In this document: piece after piece, positions 58,883 through 64,000 of the stretch | Numbering within the stretch: position 1 is the first letter of the stretch | Layout: each line of letters starts with the position of its first letter | Position numbers and translations under genes: made by a program | NCBI GenBank assembly: GCA_963718895.1 | Contig: CAVRAG010000008.1 | Coordinates: forward strand, 1,280,001-1,344,000 | Length of the DNA stretch: 64,000 bases | Reading direction: 5' to 3' | From: an uncultured Nitrososphaerota archaeon | GTDB lineage: Archaea; Thermoproteota; Nitrososphaeria; Nitrososphaerales; Gagatemarchaeaceae | The notes under the pieces: model-generated | Told to the model about the DNA's origin: nothing | Seen by the model: the letters and a program-made list of their open reading frames with translations, nothing else | The model's database searches: none

Positions 58883-60069
58883 GAGGTTGGAGCGCCAGAT
58901 AGGTACTTCTCGACGACCTTCCTGAGCCTGGCTAGCTCTTCCCTTGTGCTTTCGTCCTCGACCTGCATCCTGCTCCTTGCACCTTCATCGAGGGGAGAGG
59001 CGCACCGTGGACAGTAGACCATGCCTCTGGATGCCTTCTCGTTGCAGCGCGGGCAGATAATCGGTGCAAACTCTGGCTTGGTCGGTTCCACCTTCTCACC
59101 CGAATATAGGGCAGTTAGCTTGTCATCCAGGTCTCTCCCCGAAAGGTGGACGTAGACGGCGGGCATCTTGCTACTCATAGACCATCCATACATCAGCTTG
59201 AGTTCAGAATCCGTGAGGAACTTCGCGTTTCTGGTCGCCGAGCCGTGTCTCAGCATGTGGTTGAAGACCCTCTTCTTCACTCCCGCACGTAGCGCTAGCT
59301 GCTTCAGGCAGCGGTTCCACCTGACCCAGCTTAGCCGTTGGTTCTTGTAGTTTGTGCTCTCCGTGAGCCATAATGGAGAGGAAGGCTCGTTCCTGAACGG
59401 GTGAACCTCCAGGTATCGAGCGAGCAGGCTCACAGAGGTTATCAGCCTCACGACCCTGCTTCCTGTCTTCCCCCTCTCGATGTGAAGCCTCGCCCCTCTA
59501 TCGTCAAAGACGACGCTCCCGATGTTGAGGGTGAGCAACTCGGTAGCTCTCAGCCCTGCCTCGTAGCCGACTGCCAACATAGCCTTGTCCCTCAGACTGG
59601 TCGCCGCCTTGATCATGACCTCGATTTCCTCGCTGGTGAAGAAGAGAGGCTCCTTGCGCTCGTTCGCCTTTATGGCGGTCTTGATCCATCTTACCTCCTC
59701 TGGGTAGGGCGTCTCTCTGTCCACGTTCCCAGTTCTTGCGAACTTGAAGAACCTCTTCACAGCAAAGAGATAGTCCGAAATCGTGTGCGGCGTATAGCCG
59801 GAGTCGCTCTGCAACCATGCGACTAGTCCCTCGATGTCTCCCCTCTTTGCTTGCTGGGTGCTTGTCCCGAGGCGTTCGATTGCGTTCTTCAGGTGATAGG
59901 TGTACTTGGCAAGCCTTCCAGTGGATACGCCCTGAGCCTTCAGATGTTGAACGAACCTGCGAATCACCTCCTTGTCCTCATTGCAGATTCGCGCTGATTC
60001 GTCCAGGCGCTTCTGAGCGTTCGCGAGTCGCGATTCGTAATCATACACCTCCTCGATTACGTCCTTCAT
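58879..60069 (-). CDS. Tyrosine recombinase/integrase with C-terminal zinc ribbon
   Basis: RDKA..YEAGLRATE, GKTG, HMLRHG, YGWS, VYVH; CPRC..CPRC. Confidence 0.95.
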   Translation of the reverse strand: MKDVIEEVYDYESRLANAQKRLDESARICNEDKEVIRRFVQHLKAQGVSTGRLAKYTYHLKNAIERLGTSTQQAKRGDIEGLVAWLQSDSGYTPHTISDYLFAVKRFFKFARTGNVDRETPYPEEVRWIKTAIKANERKEPLFFTSEEIEVMIKAATSLRDKAMLAVGYEAGLRATELLTLNIGSVVFDDRGARLHIERGKTGSRVVRLITSVSLLARYLEVHPFRNEPSSPLWLTESTNYKNQRLSWVRWNRCLKQLALRAGVKKRVFNHMLRHGSATRNAKFLTDSELKLMYGWSMSSKMPAVYVHLSGRDLDDKLTALYSGEKVEPTKPEFAPIICPRCNEKASRGMVYCPRCASPLDEGARSRMQVEDESTREELARLRKVVEKYLSGAPTS

Positions 60070-60126
60070 GCCATACCGGAGAACGTCTGCTTTTAACGGA
60101 GAGAGATTTGCACTCATGGCGTAAGG

Positions 60127-60211
60127 TGCGGGGGGTGGGATTCGAACCCACGAACCCCTAAGGGATTGGAGCCTCAGTCCAACGCCGTTGGCCATGCTGG
60201 GCGACCCCCGC
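60127..60211 (-). tRNA. tRNA-Leu(GAG), intronless, long variable arm
   Basis: GCGGGGG/CCCCCGC acceptor, TTGGA-CTGAGGC-TCCAA anticodon arm, GTGGG-TTCGAAT-CCCAC. Confidence 0.95.
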
Positions 60212-60380
60212 ACAAGCGCCGCCTTGCTAGCCGCGCTTCTAAAACTCTTCCGAGTCGCTGTCCTCGTTCATCCGACGTGAGCAGGGGCCCGGGCCGAACG
60301 TGCCCCTGTCAGGACACCCCCGGTCGCAACTTGAAAGCGGTCATATCTTAAATGCGTGTCAAAACGAGCGGAGGGGACGT

Positions 60381-60491
60381 GCCGGCGTAGCTCAGACATC
60401 CTAAGAGATGGAGAAGTCTGGCAGAGCACTCCAATAGGGGCTCAGACGCCTCGTAAGCGTGCGGCCGTGGGTTCAACTCCCACCGCCGGCT
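60381..60491 (+). tRNA. tRNA-Thr(CGT) with two non-canonical introns (15/16 at 60396-60416; 27/28 at 60430-60445)
   Basis: Spliced product GCCGGCGTAGCTCAGTCTGGCAGAGCACACGCCTCGTAAGCGTGCGGCCGTGGGTTCAACTCCCACCGCCGGCT; BHB-like helices GCTC/GAGA and GAGC/GCTC. Confidence 0.9.
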
Positions 60492-60733
60492 CATTCAATT
60501 TCTACATCCGCAGTTTTTTTGGCGCGACTTCGTGCCATTTAGTACCTCTAACAATATGGTACTAATCACGCCATTGAAATCAAGGAAAGAGATGATTGCG
60601 TAGCCACAAGTTACGCTACTATTCCATCGAAAATCCTGTCTCAACTTCTTGGCAAGGTCAAGAAGCTCGGACAATGCTAAGCTCGAAATCTTCTCTATTC
60701 CGTGTCGAAATCATTCGTGCCTGTATCGAGGTT

Positions 60734-61873
60734 CTATTGTCGAGCGTGTATAGATTCCTTGCCACCTTTCGAAGGTTCCTCAATAACCAGGTTTCGCAAA
60801 CCCAGGCATTTCACTCCACATAGATATGCTATCTCTGAGCCAATTCTTCCTTGATCATAGATGGAACCCATTTTAAGCATCGTCCGTTCAAGCGTTCTCT
60901 TGACTTTGATGTCATCGATTATCAACGCTTTTGAGTACACTCCTTGCACTAGGTTTAGGTATCTCCCGGAATAATTTCTGGTCTGACCTATTCCATACAC
61001 TTCCTCGGAAGGGGGTCGGATATAGCATGTCGACATTGCCCCTTGTCGTCCATAACGAAATGTGAGCCTAAATCCGTCAAAGGATATCAGATTCACGCTT
61101 TCACACCCGGCACCCCTGTCAATTTGAAACTGCGGCAGCTTCAACCCATCATGACGGATTCTCAGCTTCCACTTTCTGCCGATGTAATCGACGAGACTAA
61201 ACTGAAGGTAGACACCCTTATTCTGGTTACTCGGTCCGGGGTATCTATCCACAGAACCTCTCACAACGAAATCCGCGACATCAACAAGAGGATGATCCTG
61301 AACGAATTCAATTTGTAACTCACCATCATCATGAGCTGATACAGATTTGGCCACCACTCTATCAGCTACCCATCTCGTGAAATCTAGATTTGCAAGTTCG
61401 AAGCTTGGAATACCAGCAATGAACGACTTAAGCGGCAGAAGTTCGAGGGATATCCTCGCTTGCTGTCCTGGACTTAGACGATTCCTCGAGAGCACCGGTC
61501 TGAACTCACGACCTCCTCTGTACAAATGATAACTGGAGAAGGAGCCGTCTTGGAGGTATGTAGTAATCTTGAAGGCGAGTATCTGATTTGACGGTGTGAC
61601 GATATGGTCCACACTCTCTGATTTGAAGTAAAGGCCAAGTTCTTGCGCTGAAATGTAGGTTCTGCCATCACGGCCTATTCTTATGGACTTGCATTTCGCA
61701 TAGGTGCTATCATCTTGGGATCCAGTCTCGCCTTGAGCCAGAAAATGAGACTCTACAGGAGGTTCTGGAGCAGTCGGAACCGGGGCATGTATTCCATTCT
61801 TAAGTGCCTCAGGTATGAGCGAAGAATCTTCGTTCATCGTAACATCAAAAGTGAAATCGTATAGAAGGACCAA
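60734..61873 (-). CDS. Hypothetical protein, low GC, probably continuing via frameshift(s) toward ~60495 into a PD-(D/E)xK-like tail
   Basis: 379-aa ORF; GRIGSEIAY..EPSKGGK, then shifted DLYT....SIQAR. Confidence 0.55.
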   Translation of the reverse strand: MVLLYDFTFDVTMNEDSSLIPEALKNGIHAPVPTAPEPPVESHFLAQGETGSQDDSTYAKCKSIRIGRDGRTYISAQELGLYFKSESVDHIVTPSNQILAFKITTYLQDGSFSSYHLYRGGREFRPVLSRNRLSPGQQARISLELLPLKSFIAGIPSFELANLDFTRWVADRVVAKSVSAHDDGELQIEFVQDHPLVDVADFVVRGSVDRYPGPSNQNKGVYLQFSLVDYIGRKWKLRIRHDGLKLPQFQIDRGAGCESVNLISFDGFRLTFRYGRQGAMSTCYIRPPSEEVYGIGQTRNYSGRYLNLVQGVYSKALIIDDIKVKRTLERTMLKMGSIYDQGRIGSEIAYLCGVKCLGLRNLVIEEPSKGGKESIHARQ

Positions 61874-62726
61874 CTACGAACGGCGACATCGATGGCAGAA
61901 GGCGATTAGGAGCGTTAGAGGGAAGGCAATGCGGAGGCCAGATGGATTGAAAGAAGAGCGGGGGACATGAGACAGATGGCGAACCTCGCGAAGTGTCCTC
62001 TAGGTGTGTCAGATACTGAGATTACCAGTCAGAAACTATTGAGCGTGAACTGGTACGTTTCTTTTCGAATAAATACCTGCGCGTCTTGCCAGAATCGAAC
62101 GCGCGTCCTGGAATGCCAAGACATTCGACCGTCTCATCGCGTCCGGTTTTGGCAGGACATTTCTCCTTTCATGTCTTGTGTTTTCAAGACATCTAGGTTT
62201 TTCTCCAAATGAAAAGAATTACAAGTCCACCCAAATAATTATGGGATTATTTGTTTAATTGACGCAACTTTTGAACTGCCGAAACTATGCTCTGTTTGGG
62301 AGGGGGTCACGCGTCCGAATCGCGTCACCGACTCTCATCACTCGATACCTCGCTGGTCATTCCCGTACAACTCACGGCGGGTCCTGGTGTTCGATGCTTT
62401 CGGGAAACCTTTCTCACCCGGCGAGAGCTCAGACGTTTGGTGATTCCTCCAAGTTGTCACCGAGCCACTTTCCCATGTAATCCACAGTTGTCCAACCTTT
62501 ACCATTCCTTACAAACTCGGGCAAAAATCTGCAGATGGGGGCTAGCGCGAAGAGCTCCCAGCTGGGAACCAGACTCCGTTCGGACAAAACTATTAATCAT
62601 AAAAATCGGGCCTCCGGTCGTGATGTAGGTGGACCACCCTGTGAAGCCCCGGAGGCTGAGCGCCATAGAGGACTCTATGGCTAGGCATTCTGGGTTCGTC
62701 CCATCAGGCAAGAACGAAAAAGGGTC

Positions 62727-64000
62727 ATGCCAGTTCTAGCACGCCTGACACTCGTCAGGTCACGGTTCACGGCGGGGCTGATGATATTCCTCTTAGCGTT
62801 TCTCTTCTACCTGCTGACGTTGAACTCTGTCTGGGCCACAGACCACGCGACCAGCTTTCTGCAGCTGGACTGGTCAATCTGGACCAATCATATCCTTGTG
62901 CTGGGGAGCGGTAGCGGCTTCCAGCCGAACTCCGTGGACGACTTCCTCTTCAAGGGGAACTACTACAGCGCCCTGGCCCCGGGTACGGCCATCCTCGCGC
63001 TTCCGTTCGCCGGCGTGGGCTTCATGCTGGACGGCCACTTCACGGTCTTCGGATACGCGCTGGAGTCCTCCGAGGTCTTCGTCGCCCTGGTCAACGCACT
63101 GGCCGCCTACCTTGTCTACGCCGTTGGGAGGCTCTTCTTCAGCAAGAAGACCTCGGCCTTCCTCGCGTTCGTCTACGCATTCTCGACCATCAGCTGGCCC
63201 TTCGCCACGTACTTCTTCCAGAGCGACGTCACGGCCATGTTCGACCTGCTCGCGGTCTACTTCACGATCCGCGTCACTCGAAGCACCGAGGGGAGGCTTC
63301 GCGACGCCATCCTCTCAGGTATCTCGGTGGCCGCGGCGCTGACGACGGACTACGTGAGCGCCATACTCATTCCAATCCTCGCTGGATACTTCATCTTCTC
63401 GCTTCGTGGGGGAGGGCGACCGTTCGCGAGAATCGCCGTCGGCTTCCTCCTGGCCTCCCTCTTCGGGATCCTGCTCCTGGGGCTGTACAACGAGGCGATC
63501 TTCGGCACCGCCTTCCACACGACGGAGCAGGTCTACCTCAACAGCTCGACGCCGTTCGGAGAGTTCTCCACCCCCATCTACCAGGGTGTCTTCCTGAACC
63601 TGTTCTCCCCGCTCAGGGGATTGTTCGTCTACTCGATCTTCCTTATCCTCGGGGTCTTCGGACTGGCTGGGATGCTGGAGGAGAAGAGACACAGACCTGA
63701 GGCGGTCCTGCTGCTGGCGTGCTTTCTCGGCATCTTCCTCCCCTACTCGGCCTGGTACGACCCCGTGGGTGGTGCGGCGTTTGGTCCCCGCTTCCTCGTA
63801 TCGGCAATCCCGTTCTTGTTGATTCCCGCCGGGCTGGTCATGGAAGAAGGAAGCCGGAGGACCCGCATAGCCGCGTTCCATCTCTACGCGGCGGGAGTCA
63901 TCATCAACGGAATCGCGGGCGTGACTGAGGCGATCTCCCCCACGACAAACTGGGGGCTGTCACCCTTCCTGAGCTTCACACTTCCTAACTTTCTGCAGGG
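62727..64000 (+). CDS. Polytopic membrane protein, GT-C/ArnT-PMT-like glycosyltransferase, 3'-truncated by window edge
   Basis: Manual translation from ATG 62727: many TMs, YYSALAPGTAILALP, RGLFVYS, W...GGAAFGPRFL. Confidence 0.7.
   Translation, partial: MPVLARLTLVRSRFTAGLMIFLLAFLFYLLTLNSVWATDHATSFLQLDWSIWTNHILVLGSGSGFQPNSVDDFLFKGNYYSALAPGTAILALPFAGVGFMLDGHFTVFGYALESSEVFVALVNALAAYLVYAVGRLFFSKKTSAFLAFVYAFSTISWPFATYFFQSDVTAMFDLLAVYFTIRVTRSTEGRLRDAILSGISVAAALTTDYVSAILIPILAGYFIFSLRGGGRPFARIAVGFLLASLFGILLLGLYNEAIFGTAFHTTEQVYLNSSTPFGEFSTPIYQGVFLNLFSPLRGLFVYSIFLILGVFGLAGMLEEKRHRPEAVLLLACFLGIFLPYSAWYDPVGGAAFGPRFLVSAIPFLLIPAGLVMEEGSRRTRIAAFHLYAAGVIINGIAGVTEAISPTTNWGLSPFLSFTLPNFLQ

Larger units (their letters stand above)
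53422..60137 (-). mobile_element. Integrated element (~6.7 kb) at the tRNA-Leu 3' end
   Basis: 13-bp direct repeat GGTGCGGGGGGTG at 53422-53434 and 60125-60137; tyrosine integrase next to the tRNA; lower-GC cargo. Confidence 0.88.

Noticed and set aside
60070-60213. Integrase N-terminal extension through the whole tRNA-Leu (SSV1-like split integrase)
   Set aside because: The extension is just translated tRNA sequence, the catalytic and N-terminal domains are complete from ~60069, and no matching N-terminal fragment is evident at attR.

Overview
A GC-rich archaeal chromosome segment. Gene content and order (leuS/alaS; the rpl11-spt5-secE-dtdA-ftsY-pfdA-aIF6-L31e-L39e-S19e-Rpp21-Nep1 cluster without LXa; thermosomes; a TrmB-like-domain histidine kinase; tRNAs with non-canonical BHB introns) suggest a Nitrososphaerota (Thaumarchaeota) lineage, which is an inference. 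Positions 1-21.7 kb are mostly core translation and repair genes. There are four tRNA genes: Gly (2 introns), Phe (3 introns), Thr (2 introns) and Leu (none). The most striking structure is a family of att-like sites made of an inverted copy of the target tRNA's T-loop (GATTYGAACC), then YRRAG, a 14-16 nt spacer and the tRNA 3' end. Four such sites lie in tandem downstream of tRNA-Gly and delimit integrase-less cassettes of about 0.08, 2.7, 1.7 and 0.54 kb. A fifth, whose inverted arm matches the tRNA-Leu T-loop, closes a ~6.7 kb tyrosine-integrase island at tRNA-Leu. That island also holds a split ATPase-nuclease gene and a thermopsin-like gene interrupted by an IS5-family element. Several genes, including prefoldin alpha, carry 1-2 nt insertions that may be assembly errors. 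All product calls come from motif recognition by eye; no database search was run.
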